DNA from: Cenarchaeum sp.
GTDB taxonomy: Archaea; Thermoproteota; Nitrososphaeria; Nitrososphaerales; Nitrosopumilaceae
Direction: 5' to 3'
NCBI GenBank assembly: GCA_965206845.1
Contig: OZ242221.1
Location: 736,001 to 800,000 of the forward strand
DNA: 64,000 nt
Position numbers and translations under genes: made by a program. The notes under the pieces are model-generated. The model saw nothing but the letters and a program-made list of their open reading frames with translations, was not told where the DNA came from and did not search any database. Within the stretch, counting starts at the first letter, position 1. The number at the start of each line of letters is the position of its first letter. Positions 19,391 to 30,277 of this stretch are shown here, piece after piece.

Positions 19391-20027
19391 ATGTGTGGTA
19401 CCAGGTTCGCAGTTCTGCCTCCCTCCGGCCGCGCCGCTGCAAGTGCGCTGTCCATCAAAGAAAGGGCTCACAGACTTGACGCGGCTCATGGAGCCGCTAC
19501 GTACGCGCGAAGCGGATCGTGATCCTGCGCAGGAGGTCGCGTCATACGCCTGTCCGGTATGCGCATGCAGGAGAATCTCTGCGCCCGACCCGTAGCGGAG
19601 CATGGCGCGCCTCAAAGTCGTCCGCTAGATCTCATCCTTGTCTTGGTCGTTGTCCCAGAGATGCATCGTTCCCCGTATCATAAAGGAACCCACAATTATG
19701 GCCACAAGGCCGCCCACTACAAAGACAAAGAACCTTCCCACATCACCTACAGAGGCCAACACACATGGATCCCCTACCGTGTAATCAAGTCTTTCTATAA
19801 TCCATTGGGTAGGTATTTTTAGCGCAGATATCCCTGGTATGCCATGAGCAAGGCAAAGCGCGTCGCCGCCTGGGTCGGAATACTTGGAGGCGGCATCGGC
19901 TTTTACTTCTTCTACGGATATGTAGCAGAGCTGATGCGCTAGGCCTGCCCGATCCACAGATGGGCCGCGCGGCCGGCACGGGATCCAAGCCGCGGGGTCA
20001 GACTTAACTACCATACGCCGGTGGGTT

Positions 20028-20465
20028 ATGTCGTTGGATGAGATTCCCCGTCAGGCAGCAGACCTCCTTGATGACATACGGCTGGGATACGTTGCCACCA
20101 CGAATGGTGACGGCACCCCCAACCTGTCACCCAAGGGAACCATCTTTGCCATTGACGCACACCACCTGGTCTTTGCGGACATCAGGTCCCCCCAGACCGT
20201 CAGGAACATTAGATCAAACCCGGCAGTTGAGATCAACGCAGTGGATCCCGCATCAAGGAAGGGGTACCGCTTCAGGGGCACGGCCTCCATACTGGAGGAC
20301 GGGGACGAGCTGGCAGGGATAATTGACATGTATAAAAAAAGAAACGTCAGGAGCAGGATCAGCAGGGTAGTCAAGGTCAGGATAGGTGCGGTTGCCGAAG
20401 TGACGTCGCCACTGTATGATCTAGGAATGTCCGAGTCTGAGATCAGGAAACGCTGGCAGCCGTAG
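20028..20465 (+). CDS. Pyridoxamine 5'-phosphate oxidase-like FMN/F420-binding protein
   Basis: 'GYVATTNGDGTPNLSPKG', 'TVRNIRSNPAV', 'GYRFRGTA'. Confidence 0.85.
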   Translation: MSLDEIPRQAADLLDDIRLGYVATTNGDGTPNLSPKGTIFAIDAHHLVFADIRSPQTVRNIRSNPAVEINAVDPASRKGYRFRGTASILEDGDELAGIIDMYKKRNVRSRISRVVKVRIGAVAEVTSPLYDLGMSESEIRKRWQP

Positions 20466-20502
20466 GGCCCGGCTACCTGACCTTTCTGTACTTTTTTGCT
20501 GG

Positions 20503-21561
20503 CTACGCGCTCATCTTTTTTGGACTCTGTCTCGGGACAGCGCCCAGCTTCTGCTTTGCGGCCTCAAGCTCCTGCCTTGTGTAGTCCAGCTGCCTCTTCG
20601 TAGAATCAAGCTCCTGCTTTGTGGCCTCAAGCTCCTGCCTTGTCTCATTTAGCCTTCGCTTTATCGACTCGACCACGGCACTGGCTGCCCGAACCACGTT
20701 TGGCGGATCGGCAGGCGAGACCGGCAGCACACCATCGGCAGGCACCAATGCGTCGTGCCGGGAGATCTCTGCGTCCCTCCTGGACATAGCTGCCTCGTAG
20801 CTGCTTGTGATGCTGGCCAGCTGCCTCTTTAGACTCTCAAGCCTTGCCCGGTCGGCATCGATCTCCATCCTCAGTCGCCTTGAGATCGACTCGTCATTCC
20901 CGGGCTTGCCGGTGCCCATGGGGCGGTCCGCGGTCTCAGGGGCATGCCTGACGGCCTTTATCTTCTCCAGAATTTTGTCGTGCTCGTTTCTTACGAGCTT
21001 GATGTCTGCCTGCTTTTTGTTGTACTCCCGCTTGGTGGCCATCAGCTTGCCCACGATGCTGTTGTACTCGGTCTTGACACTGTCCAGTTTTTTCGTGATC
21101 GACTCCAGGCTCTTTGTCTTGGCCGCCATCTGCTCCTGTATGTCCTCTGGCACTAGCCCCCCCTCTGGGATCGTCTGCTCACGGGCGTGATCGTCGGGTA
21201 CGGGCGTCTCTGCGCCCTGCGGTGCGGGCTTTTTTGTGGCCTCCTCTGCCTGCACAGTGGGCAGCCCGGCCACTCTGTCTGTAGCCTGCGCCCTGCCTGC
21301 AGACAGGGTATCATGACTGCCCTGCCTGGTCTCTGGCAGCACGCGACCGGTCACCGGCTGGTCTTTCGATAGGGCCGGAGAACCGCCTGGCGGTGGCGCC
21401 TTGAACTTTGGTGCATGGTATGCCTTTGGCAGCGCCGTCCTGACGCTTGACGGCGCTTCTGCTGCTCCCGCGGGATCATCCTCCCTGTCTTTTGACACCT
21501 TGAGCCACTTTAGTGCCCTGCCACCTAGTATCTTGTTTTCTTGTGTCTTGCACCATTTCAA
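20503..21561 (-). CDS. Hypothetical protein with disordered N-terminus and coiled coils
   Basis: Pro/Ala-rich N-terminal half, heptad-rich C-terminal half; start uncertain. Confidence 0.65.
   Translation of the reverse strand: MKWCKTQENKILGGRALKWLKVSKDREDDPAGAAEAPSSVRTALPKAYHAPKFKAPPPGGSPALSKDQPVTGRVLPETRQGSHDTLSAGRAQATDRVAGLPTVQAEEATKKPAPQGAETPVPDDHAREQTIPEGGLVPEDIQEQMAAKTKSLESITKKLDSVKTEYNSIVGKLMATKREYNKKQADIKLVRNEHDKILEKIKAVRHAPETADRPMGTGKPGNDESISRRLRMEIDADRARLESLKRQLASITSSYEAAMSRRDAEISRHDALVPADGVLPVSPADPPNVVRAASAVVESIKRRLNETRQELEATKQELDSTKRQLDYTRQELEAAKQKLGAVPRQSPKKMSA
20545..20650 (-). repeat. Degenerate 21-bp (7-aa) coding tandem repeats
   Basis: ETRQELE-ATKQELD-STKRQLD-YTRQELE-AAKQKLG; GGCCTCAAGCTCCTGCCTTGT recurs at 63-bp spacing. 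Confidence 0.75.
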
Positions 21562-21572
21562 AGTTAATCACA

Positions 21573-21770
21573 CTATGAACCGCGTCTTCTTTTAATAAAG
21601 TTAAGATAAAACCCCGTCCCGCCGACGACAAGGCCACCCACCAGTGAGGCTGTGGCCATCTCCGGGTACTCGCCGTGTATGTTGGGCGCCAAAAACAGGA
21701 GCAGTGCGCCAAATATTATCAGTGCAAAGGGCCCTCCCCGCCTGGATCTGTTGTGCTCGCTGTGTGCCAT
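21573..21770 (-). CDS. Small two-TM membrane protein
   Basis: Two hydrophobic segments and basic tail 'IKRRRGS'. Confidence 0.6.
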   Translation of the reverse strand: MAHSEHNRSRRGGPFALIIFGALLLFLAPNIHGEYPEMATASLVGGLVVGGTGFYLNFIKRRRGS

Positions 21771-21858
21771 ACTGCATATCACTATGGCGCCGATACATAT
21801 TTGACTCGATCGATTCTGCGTCTGGCCCTGCTGCAGAGCCTAGTCGATCAAGCCACGT

Positions 21859-23445
21859 CTAGATGTAGTCCCTTACGAGCCTGCCAACCTTGTGCCTTCC
21901 GATGTCCGTAATGAACGGACCCAGCCTCGGGCCCCGGTTTGTGCCCAGTATGATCTGGTACAGCGTGCGAAAGAGCCTCCCAGGAGGAACGCCGCTTGAC
22001 TTTGCGACCCCAAATATCGCATCCTGCAGGTTCCCTGGGCTCTCCGGGGCGGTCAGCACGTGTGCCAGCTCCGCCAGCGCTCCTGTCATGGCGTCGTCCA
22101 GCTCCACCTCGATCCTCTCCTGCACGTCAAAGTCGTCAGAATAGTTTCCCGCTAGGTCTATGAGATGCTCCACTTCTGGGGCAGGCCCGGCAAGCACACC
22201 GTAGTCTGCCAGCTTTTTGGCCACCCGCTCCCTCCGCTCCTCCCGGAACACCCGGCACAGCTCCACTAGAAGCCGATAGCTGATGTGCGGAGTGGGCGCG
22301 GCCGGTGGGTTTAGCAGGTTGACGTACTGGTACAGCCCGCGGGATCTGATCTGCTTTGCCTGGTTGTCCGGCTTTGTCCTGCCAAAGTAGAGATCCTCCA
22401 GCTCGTTGTATTCGTCCATCAGGGAGGGTATGTCGTCAAAGCCCACCTCCCGGGCGCCGGTTATCCTCTTGTAGAGCAGGAGCAGTATGGATTTTGGGCT
22501 GCCGTAGCGGAGCCACTGCTGCGGCGTCACCACATTGCCCGATGACTTTGATATCTTCCTGCCTCCCTTGTCCAGAAACATCTCGTATCGCACATGGTAC
22601 GGGTGCGGATAATCCAGAATGCTGTCGGCCACCCAGTCGTTCACCTTTACCGAGTCCATGATGTCCTTGCCGTAGGCCTCAAACCGTATATCTAGCGCCT
22701 GCCACCGGGCGGCAAACTCCACCTTCCAGGCCAGCTTGCCCAGGTCCCGGGATATGTCTGACTCGCCGCAGTGACCACAGCCCCTCACCAGGGTAGAGCC
22801 CACCTCGGCATCGCGGCACCGGTATCTCACCACCCTCTCGTCGGGGAGGTACTCGAAGGCCTCGGCCGTGTACAGCCGCCGGCACTGGGCGCAGACGGGA
22901 AAGTACGGAAGCGACTGGCGGAACTTCTCCTGTCCCACCATCTCCGCTATTCTCTGACCGATGCGGCCGCTGTTTATCAGGATTGTGTGGATCTGCTCCC
23001 GGAACAGCCCCTCCTCGTAGGCCTTCTTTGCACTCTGAAACCTGTACCTTATCCCCACTGCGTCAAGGCCCTCCAGCAGGAGGCTGCTCATGCGGTCGCC
23101 GTACGAGTCATACTCCCCGTAGGGATCCGGCACCAGCGAGACCGGCCTTGCCAGGTGCTCCTCCAGGGATATGGGAAACCCGTGGGGAATCTTTCTCAAG
23201 CCGTCCAGATCATCCGAGTACGCCACAAGCTCCGCGGGGTACCCCTGGTCCTCCAACGACAGCTTTACCCCATAGGCCCGCACCGCATCACCCAAGCTGC
23301 CTATGTGCGGTATGCCCGATGCACCCAATCCGCTCTCCACCCGGATCAGATCCAGGCTCCTTCCCAGGCGCCTCTCCCGCTGCACCAGCTCGTGCGCCAG
23401 CTTGTCTATCCAGGTGCCGCGACCCACAGTGTCTGCCGACATCAC
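21859..23445 (-). CDS. lysS: Lysyl-tRNA synthetase, class I
   Basis: 'SGIPHIGS' (HIGH), 'KLAWKVEFAARW', 'KISKSSGN' (KMSKS). Confidence 0.96.
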   Translation of the reverse strand: MMSADTVGRGTWIDKLAHELVQRERRLGRSLDLIRVESGLGASGIPHIGSLGDAVRAYGVKLSLEDQGYPAELVAYSDDLDGLRKIPHGFPISLEEHLARPVSLVPDPYGEYDSYGDRMSSLLLEGLDAVGIRYRFQSAKKAYEEGLFREQIHTILINSGRIGQRIAEMVGQEKFRQSLPYFPVCAQCRRLYTAEAFEYLPDERVVRYRCRDAEVGSTLVRGCGHCGESDISRDLGKLAWKVEFAARWQALDIRFEAYGKDIMDSVKVNDWVADSILDYPHPYHVRYEMFLDKGGRKISKSSGNVVTPQQWLRYGSPKSILLLLYKRITGAREVGFDDIPSLMDEYNELEDLYFGRTKPDNQAKQIRSRGLYQYVNLLNPPAAPTPHISYRLLVELCRVFREERRERVAKKLADYGVLAGPAPEVEHLIDLAGNYSDDFDVQERIEVELDDAMTGALAELAHVLTAPESPGNLQDAIFGVAKSSGVPPGRLFRTLYQIILGTNRGPRLGPFITDIGRHKVGRLVRDYI

Positions 23446-25019
23446 GCCGTCAGATCCCGGGCCATGTAGGGCCCATCAGGCCGGTACCCCAGCCTCCCAT
23501 AGTAGGGTCTTGTCCCCACGGCACTGATGACCAGCATCTTCCTTGCGTCGTAGTCCTCTCGGGCCACCCTCTCGGCCTCCCGCATCAGGCCCCTGCCCAG
23601 CCCAGAGTGCTGGATGTCCGCCCCGGATCGGCTGCCTATCCTCAGGGACCTTCCGTAGACATGCAGCTCCCTCACAATGCAGGAGCGGCCGGTAACCTCG
23701 CGCCGGTGCGCCCGCTCTCCGGGACGCCGAAGCCGCAGGAACCCGTACACCAGATCATTCTCGTCCTCGTATGATATGAACGCCTCATCGCCCCCCGAGG
23801 CGCGGTACCCGCGTATCTTCAGCCGCGGATTGCCGTGCACGCCTGAGAGGCCCGCCTCGCGGCACCTTATGCACCGGCACGACAGGCCGCGGGACTGCAT
23901 GTATTTGAGCACCAGCTGGCGCAGATTGCCGGATCTTGGCCCGGCGGTAATCTCCCCGGGAGAGATCTCCCTCTGAACCCGCATGATCCTCACCCACGGC
24001 GGTACCATCCTCTTTGCCTCAGCCAGCACGCGGATCATCTCCTCCTGGGTGTAAGGATGATACCGGCCCGCCACATACTCGTCGTACAACGGCGTGCCCT
24101 CCAACACCAGCGACGGGTATATCTTGAGCATGTCAGGCTTGAGATCCTCATCGGTAAAGAGCCGCTCAAAGTCGGCTATATCCGCCTGCGGCGTCATGGA
24201 CGGAAGGCCAGGCATCATGTGCGCCGCGATCTTGTACCCCGCATCCCTGGCCACCTGGAACGACTCTGTCACATCAGCATAGGTGTGGCCGCGGTTCACC
24301 ATGCGGTACACCCGCTCCTGCAGGGTCTGGACGCCTATCTCCACCCTGGTCACGCCGTACTCCAGCATGGCGTCAACATGCTCCCTTTTGCAGTAGTCCG
24401 GCTTGGTCTCCACCGTCAGGCCGACGTTTCGAATGTCGGCTGCCTCGTTGGCGGACTTGGCCTCCTCTAGGGAGGACGACACGAATCCGTTCAGCGCGTC
24501 GTAGCACGACTTGACAAAGCCTGCCTGGTAGTCCCGCGGCATGAAGAGGAACGTGCCGCCGACTATGACCAGCTCCAGCTTGGATGGATTGTGGCCGTAA
24601 GCCACCAGCCGGTCCAGCTTGGTCAGAATCTGCCTGCCCGGATCATACGAGTTCGCCATGGCGTTGAGGGTGGACGGCTCGGTGCCGGTGTAGCTGTTGG
24701 GCGTGTTGAACTCGACTCCGCCCGGGCAGTAAGTGCACCTGCCGTGGGGGCATGCATACGGCTTTGGCATCAGGGCAATTACTGCCACGCCGGAGGCCGT
24801 CTTTACCGGCTTTGTCATCAGCACGTCCTGCAGCCGGTCAAAGTCAGAACCGCGGGCAGTGGCCAGAATCTCATGGTTTCCCGGTATTTTTGTCAGGGAG
24901 TACTTGGAGCAGACCCGCATTATGGCCGAGCGCACCTGCTTCTTTGTGGGGCAATTTATGGCAAGCAGCTGCCCCGATATCTCGCTACATGCCCTGTCGT
25001 AGTCTGATGCCTGCATCAA
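23442..25019 (-). CDS. elp3: Elp3 tRNA U34 radical-SAM/acetyltransferase
   Basis: 'CPHGRCTYCPGG', 'ETKPD', 'VRELHVYG', 'QHSGLG', 'ISAVGTR.YY'. Confidence 0.95.
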   Translation of the reverse strand: MMQASDYDRACSEISGQLLAINCPTKKQVRSAIMRVCSKYSLTKIPGNHEILATARGSDFDRLQDVLMTKPVKTASGVAVIALMPKPYACPHGRCTYCPGGVEFNTPNSYTGTEPSTLNAMANSYDPGRQILTKLDRLVAYGHNPSKLELVIVGGTFLFMPRDYQAGFVKSCYDALNGFVSSSLEEAKSANEAADIRNVGLTVETKPDYCKREHVDAMLEYGVTRVEIGVQTLQERVYRMVNRGHTYADVTESFQVARDAGYKIAAHMMPGLPSMTPQADIADFERLFTDEDLKPDMLKIYPSLVLEGTPLYDEYVAGRYHPYTQEEMIRVLAEAKRMVPPWVRIMRVQREISPGEITAGPRSGNLRQLVLKYMQSRGLSCRCIRCREAGLSGVHGNPRLKIRGYRASGGDEAFISYEDENDLVYGFLRLRRPGERAHRREVTGRSCIVRELHVYGRSLRIGSRSGADIQHSGLGRGLMREAERVAREDYDARKMLVISAVGTRPYYGRLGYRPDGPYMARDLTA

Positions 25020-25197
25020 ACACAGGTGACATGCCTGCCATAAATTCTTTAGAGCTCATCCCGTATGCGGGATCAGATCTTCCCCGTTTGGGGTCTGGTT
25101 TGCGTAGAGCTCCCTCTGGAAGGAGATGCCACCGGCGCGCCTCCAAACCCCTGTACCCGGCCGGTACGGCCGGCGGTTGCACGGCTCTGGCGCGGGA

Positions 25198-26457
25198 TCA
25201 TGTAGGATCCTGGGGCTTGGGGCTCGCCGCGTCGTCACCCTTGCTCGTGTCCCGGAGCTGCTCCTTGCGATACTCGATCTTCAGCCAGACGGGCGTGATT
25301 ATGGTGGTGGCAATTACCATGATGATTATGGTCGAGTACACGCTGCTGGTCAGAATGCCGGACGAGACGCCAACGCCGGCGACGATGAGGCCCACCTCTC
25401 CCCGGGAGATCATTCCAATGCCAACCTTCATTCCCTTGCTCCGATCCTTGAGGAACAGCCACGCTGGTATGCCGCATCCGAACAGCTTTGTCACAACTGC
25501 GATGACGATGATCACGCCGCTGAGCATCAGAATCTCCAGGTTGACATCCCGCAGGTCCACCTGCGCGCCTATAATCGCAAAGAACAGCGGTGCAAAGATG
25601 AGGCCGATCTTCTCGATAAAGTGCTCCACCTTCTCAAAGACCTTGGTTGTGGACAGCGCCATCCCGACGGCAAAGGCGCCCACTATGGGGGACAGGCCGA
25701 TGGAGCCGGCCAGTGCCGCTGCGCCAAAGAACGACGCGGTTGCGATTCCCTCGACGCTTCCCTTGGCCTTCCAGAGCCGCGGCGTCACAAGGCGCGGAAT
25801 CAGGAATACCGAGGCAAGCAGCATGATGGCAAAGAAGGCCAGCACCTGGAATATGGTAATTATGATTTCAAAGATGTCAATATCAACAATCCCCGAGTCG
25901 CTGCCCACCAGGGACGTGACCACGGACAGAACCGCTATGGCAAGTATGTCGTCCACTATTGCGGCCCCGATGATCAGCCTTGCCTCCTTTGATTTTATCT
26001 TTCCAAACTCGCTGAGTACCTGGACCGAGATTGCGATGCTCGTGGCAGTCAGCGCAGTGGCGATAAGCATGGACTGCAGGACGTCAAACCCGAACATCTG
26101 GAACGCCACCAGGCCCGCAAAGAACGGTACCACCACCCCCATGGTGCCCACCGTGAGCGAGGCCTTGCCTCCCCGCAGGAACTCCCTGGGAGTCATCTCA
26201 AGGCCGGCCATGAACAGGATTACGATTGCGCCAATCTCCCCCAGGATGCGGAGCTCCGCATCCAGCTTCAGTATCGACTCCCCGTTGTAGACAAGAAACG
26301 CACCCAGCGCAAACGGCCCGATTATCATGCCGGCCAGAAGCTCGCCCAGGACTATGGGAAGATGTATCCTCATGAACAGCTCTGCCATGAGCTTGGCTGC
26401 AAACAGGAGTATGCCCACAGCGATTATGGTCTGAATAAAGTGCGCCTCCGTAGCCAT
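25198..26457 (-). CDS. Cation:proton antiporter (CPA2)
   Basis: About 12-13 TMs; 'TATSIAI', 'AAIVDD', 'RGEV'. Confidence 0.9.
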   Translation of the reverse strand: MATEAHFIQTIIAVGILLFAAKLMAELFMRIHLPIVLGELLAGMIIGPFALGAFLVYNGESILKLDAELRILGEIGAIVILFMAGLEMTPREFLRGGKASLTVGTMGVVVPFFAGLVAFQMFGFDVLQSMLIATALTATSIAISVQVLSEFGKIKSKEARLIIGAAIVDDILAIAVLSVVTSLVGSDSGIVDIDIFEIIITIFQVLAFFAIMLLASVFLIPRLVTPRLWKAKGSVEGIATASFFGAAALAGSIGLSPIVGAFAVGMALSTTKVFEKVEHFIEKIGLIFAPLFFAIIGAQVDLRDVNLEILMLSGVIIVIAVVTKLFGCGIPAWLFLKDRSKGMKVGIGMISRGEVGLIVAGVGVSSGILTSSVYSTIIIMVIATTIITPVWLKIEYRKEQLRDTSKGDDAASPKPQDPT

Positions 26458-26622
26458 ATCTTCTGTTTATAAACAGCGCGATCATATAAGCGTCGCAATT
26501 CTGGCATGATCCAGGCCAGAAATGCCCCACGTATGTGAACTATGGGCAGGATCCAGGCTGCCGGTTATCTGGAGCCCGTCTGGCAGCCCGGGCTCTGTCC
26601 GGCGGCGCGTGGACGTGACACG

Positions 26623-27801
26623 TCAGGATGCCGGCGGCTCCTGCTCTAGTGTGACCCGCAGAAAGTCAAACCGGCGACATGTGCACCCCGTCTCAAGCAT
26701 GTCGGCGACGCTCGGACTGATGCTGCCCCCCTCAACGAACCTCTTGACCGGGAGGCCCCCCTCTGCCTCCATCAGCAACACTACTCTGGTGGGCGACCTC
26801 CTTGCGTACCTGACGGAGTGGATGGTCTTTTGGTTTATCTTGCTGGCACCTTCGTAGATCAGCACCGGACCAGCGGGAATCGTCTTGAGCGACCTTAGCA
26901 GCCGGGACGGAACCTCGTCCTCGGTCTCTACTGTGACCCGGATGACGGACCGAAAGCGTACCGGCATCTTGCGCATGTCCTGGGATACCTCAAGGGACGC
27001 AAGCTCGATGCAGGGCAGCTCCACCGTAGCCGGAAAGGCATGGCTGCGCCTTCGCGGGTTGAGAAGCCGGGCAAAGAACGGCCTGCCGTCTCCCAGAACA
27101 AGGCTGTCCTTGTCTTCACCGCCGATCCAAGATATTCTTGCCTGCGTGGCTCCCATTGCGTCACGGAGAAACCCGGAGATCTGCCTCTCCACGCTCTGGG
27201 CGCCGACGCAGAGGGTGCACCCGGAGCCGCCGCATCCGGAGCAGCGCGGGCGCTTCTGCGGCATGCCGCGAAGCCTTTTGATGTACCGTCCCGATACGGC
27301 AACCGGCCTCGTGTGGATGTCAACGGAGTCGTTCCTAAAGCTGACGGTAATCGTCAGATCCGGCCTGGTGTGATCTATTGTGGCGCCCGTGGCCCGGCGG
27401 AACTTTTTTGCAAGCTCGCCTGCGATCTCTGCCTTGATGCTGTCGGTGCCCTTCAGAAGGTACCTAGAGCGAACCGCGTCGTCCCTGTCAAGCACCGAGG
27501 GCCGGAGCGAGGCGCCCACCATGAACGACTCAAACTCCACATCGTAGGTCAGATTCCTGAACCTGTCCACGTATGTGCCCAGCCGCCGGCACAGGCCGCG
27601 GCATATGTAGCATTCCTCCGGCTCCTCCCTGTCCATCTCCCGGCGGATCCTCCCCCCCAGCCTCTTGCAGGAGGAGAGCCCCAGCCGTCTGACGTACAGC
27701 CTGCCCAGGCAGCTGTCGCACAGCGCAAACTCGGAGGATACCTTCAGCGCATGTGCCACGACGGATTGCAGCTCCAACCGAAAGAGTCCGGGTTTCGTCA
27801 T
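26623..27801 (-). CDS. tRNA pseudouridine(54/55) synthase Pus10-like
   Basis: N-terminal 'LCDSCLGR', 'GRYIK..RGMPQ', 'GGEDKD...LGDGRPF', 'EGGLPVKRFVEG'. Confidence 0.85.
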   Translation of the reverse strand: MTKPGLFRLELQSVVAHALKVSSEFALCDSCLGRLYVRRLGLSSCKRLGGRIRREMDREEPEECYICRGLCRRLGTYVDRFRNLTYDVEFESFMVGASLRPSVLDRDDAVRSRYLLKGTDSIKAEIAGELAKKFRRATGATIDHTRPDLTITVSFRNDSVDIHTRPVAVSGRYIKRLRGMPQKRPRCSGCGGSGCTLCVGAQSVERQISGFLRDAMGATQARISWIGGEDKDSLVLGDGRPFFARLLNPRRRSHAFPATVELPCIELASLEVSQDMRKMPVRFRSVIRVTVETEDEVPSRLLRSLKTIPAGPVLIYEGASKINQKTIHSVRYARRSPTRVVLLMEAEGGLPVKRFVEGGSISPSVADMLETGCTCRRFDFLRVTLEQEPPAS

Positions 27802-27812
27802 TATAGGATTTG

Positions 27813-29141
27813 CTAGCCCAGCCCCATCTGGCGCAGCCGCCTCTCGGCATCGCGTCCCCGGGTTGCCTTTATCATACTCTTGGAGCCCTTGTAGCTCTTT
27901 ACGAGCTCTCTTACATCGCGCTCCGGCCAGCCAGAGCCCCTGGCAATCCGCTTTGCCCGGGAGGCGTTGATCAGGTTAGGATCTGCCTTCTCAGCGACGG
28001 TCATGCTCTGTATTATGTAGCGCCACCGCTGGAGCCGGCCTTCGGCCTTGTCTATCTCAGACTCCTTTACCGTTTCGGATATGCCGGGCAGGTTCTCAAG
28101 AAAGCTCCTGACCGAGCCGGTCTTGGTAATCTCTTCTATCTGGTGGTAAAAATCCTCCATGTTCATCTTTCCCCTGGACAGCCTCCTGAGCTTGCTCTCG
28201 TCCCCCTCGGTCTCCAGCCGTCGAACCAGATCAAGAACCGCTTGGATGTCTCCCATTCCCAGAAGCCGTCCCACGAATCTTGTGGGTGAGAACTTTTCAA
28301 GATCGTCAACCCGCTCGCCGGTACCGATGTACATTATCTGGGCTCCCGTGGCAGCCGACGCTGCCAGAGCCCCGCCCCCCTTGGCCGAGCTGTCCAGCTT
28401 TGTGACCACTATGCCGCCCACCGGCACCGTCTTGTGAAATGCCTCTGCCTGGCTGAAGCACCTGCGGCCTATGGTTCCGTCGATTACCAGCAGCGCCAGA
28501 TCCGGATCCGAGGCGCGGCTTATCCGCTTCATCTCGTCTAGCAGCTCCTGCTCCTCCTTGTGCCTTCCCGCGGTATCTATCAGTACTATGTCGGGCGCCG
28601 AGTCTGCAAAGTATGCCAGTCCACGCTTCACGATATCTGCCGGGTCGTGTGCCCCCTCCCGCCCGTACACCTCTACCTTTGCCCGCTGGCACATGGTTCT
28701 GAGCTGCACCAGCGCCCCCGGCCGGTAGGTGTCAGCGCCTATGACGCCGACCCTGTACCCCTGCTTTGTAAGAAACAGGGACATCTTTGCGGTAACCGTG
28801 GTCTTGCCGCTTCCCTGTATGCCCAGCATCAGAACCTTGTTGATCCGGCCCGGAACGAACTCGAACTTTGCCTCCGTTCCCAGAAGCTTTGCCAGCTCGT
28901 CGTAGAGGATCTTTACTATGTGATCCTTTCGTGAGAGGCCCGGGGGAGGGTTCTCCTTGAGGGACCGCTCCTTTAGCTGCTTGGATATCTCAAACACCAA
29001 GGGCACGTCCACATCGGCATTGAGCAGTGCCAGCTGCACGTCGTGTGCGAGCGCCTTTATGAGCTTCTCGTCAACGCCGGAGGAGTTTACGATCTTCTTT
29101 ATGGCCGTCCGCAGGTTACCCTTGAGTCCCTCCAGCATCAC
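27813..29141 (-). CDS. srp54: Signal recognition particle GTPase SRP54
   Basis: GIQGSGKTT, DTYRPGA, DTAGR, TKLD, 'GRLLGMGD', M domain. Confidence 0.96.
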   Translation of the reverse strand: MMLEGLKGNLRTAIKKIVNSSGVDEKLIKALAHDVQLALLNADVDVPLVFEISKQLKERSLKENPPPGLSRKDHIVKILYDELAKLLGTEAKFEFVPGRINKVLMLGIQGSGKTTVTAKMSLFLTKQGYRVGVIGADTYRPGALVQLRTMCQRAKVEVYGREGAHDPADIVKRGLAYFADSAPDIVLIDTAGRHKEEQELLDEMKRISRASDPDLALLVIDGTIGRRCFSQAEAFHKTVPVGGIVVTKLDSSAKGGGALAASAATGAQIMYIGTGERVDDLEKFSPTRFVGRLLGMGDIQAVLDLVRRLETEGDESKLRRLSRGKMNMEDFYHQIEEITKTGSVRSFLENLPGISETVKESEIDKAEGRLQRWRYIIQSMTVAEKADPNLINASRAKRIARGSGWPERDVRELVKSYKGSKSMIKATRGRDAERRLRQMGLG

Positions 29142-29496
29142 ACTACAGGCGGGCTTCTTCTATTTCAAGTCTTGGGAATTGGTTCTTTACGCCTAAGAAC
29201 TAGTTCCCCAAACCCTCTACGAATGGGCTCTTCGGGGTTTCTCGTCTGGAAGGGGACGGCGCAGCAGCCAGCACTGCGCTCAACGTCACAGATTCAGCCA
29301 TCATGGAACCGACCTGTCCACGGCGCCCACCCATCGTCTCAGAACCGCCAAGGGAGACAGGGTCCTTTCGAGCATTGGTGGACTTGGGCAAGACATACCT
29401 GTGTCCCGCCGCCTGGCTGAGAGCCGTACCGGATCTGACCAAGCAGGGCCTGCAGGTAAAGTGGCAGCAGCCCGGCAGGGGGTCAGCCTATGCGGA

Positions 29497-30183
29497 TCAG
29501 CCAGCCCTGGGAGCCTGACGGGCCCCGGAGATTTTGTAGAACCCGCGGTAGCCGTCCCAGTGTGCGGATCCGGTTACAAGTATGGGAGACGTAAACAGCG
29601 GGCAGTCGATCACCAGAGTCTCGGCCTCGCCGCCCTCAAAGCTCAGGTTAAAGCCGAACCTCTCTGAAAGACCCTCCAGCACCGGAAGGTTCTCCCTGGT
29701 AATCTCCCTGCCGAGCCAGGAGCCGTCCAGGCCTCCTGCCGCAACGGCGGTGATGATAAACCGAAAGTCCGCGTCCAGCAGCTCGCGCATGTATTGCACC
29801 TGATCCTTATGCCAAACCGGTGAGATCATCTCCAGTCCCAGCCGACCGCAGATCTTCTCAAAGGCATCTAGCTGAAACCTGCTCAGGATTCCACCGTGAA
29901 CCACCCCCCGGATGCCGTGTTCGTGCCTGACCTCATCCAGCATGGTATGAAGCGTTGCAAGCTCCATGGCAGCATCCGAGGAAGATGCGGCATACTTTTG
30001 CGGCATCTGCATTGCCGTTGCCTGTAGTTTTGTAATGTCTATGTTCGGATGGTGCAGCAGCATGCTTTCAGGGGAGGCAGGCGAGACTGTCACCAGGCAT
30101 TCCACGGAATGGCCCTGCTTTTGTGCGCTGTACACCGAATAGGCGCTATCCTTTCCGCCGGAGAAGAGCGCCGCCAGCTTCAT
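29497..30183 (-). CDS. Diphthine-ammonia ligase (Dph6 family)
   Basis: 'LFSGGKDS' PP-loop, 'FEGGEAETLVIDCPLF'. Confidence 0.9.
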   Translation of the reverse strand: MKLAALFSGGKDSAYSVYSAQKQGHSVECLVTVSPASPESMLLHHPNIDITKLQATAMQMPQKYAASSSDAAMELATLHTMLDEVRHEHGIRGVVHGGILSRFQLDAFEKICGRLGLEMISPVWHKDQVQYMRELLDADFRFIITAVAAGGLDGSWLGREITRENLPVLEGLSERFGFNLSFEGGEAETLVIDCPLFTSPILVTGSAHWDGYRGFYKISGARQAPRAG

Positions 30184-30277
30184 TGTAACGGCACTTGCCG
30201 AAGTACTTGGCATGCTTCATCACTCATAATCCTCATCACCAGTCAGACGGCTTTTCCAGTCATCATCAGCACCCAGG

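Noticed and set aside
24752-26290. 512-aa plus-strand ORF and similar long antisense ORFs
   Set aside because: Antisense shadows of well-supported genes, expected at this GC content.
29174-29208. GGGAATT...TTCCC hairpin as a tiny MITE of the TIR family
   Set aside because: Only 7 bp match the TIR and the flanks show no duplication.
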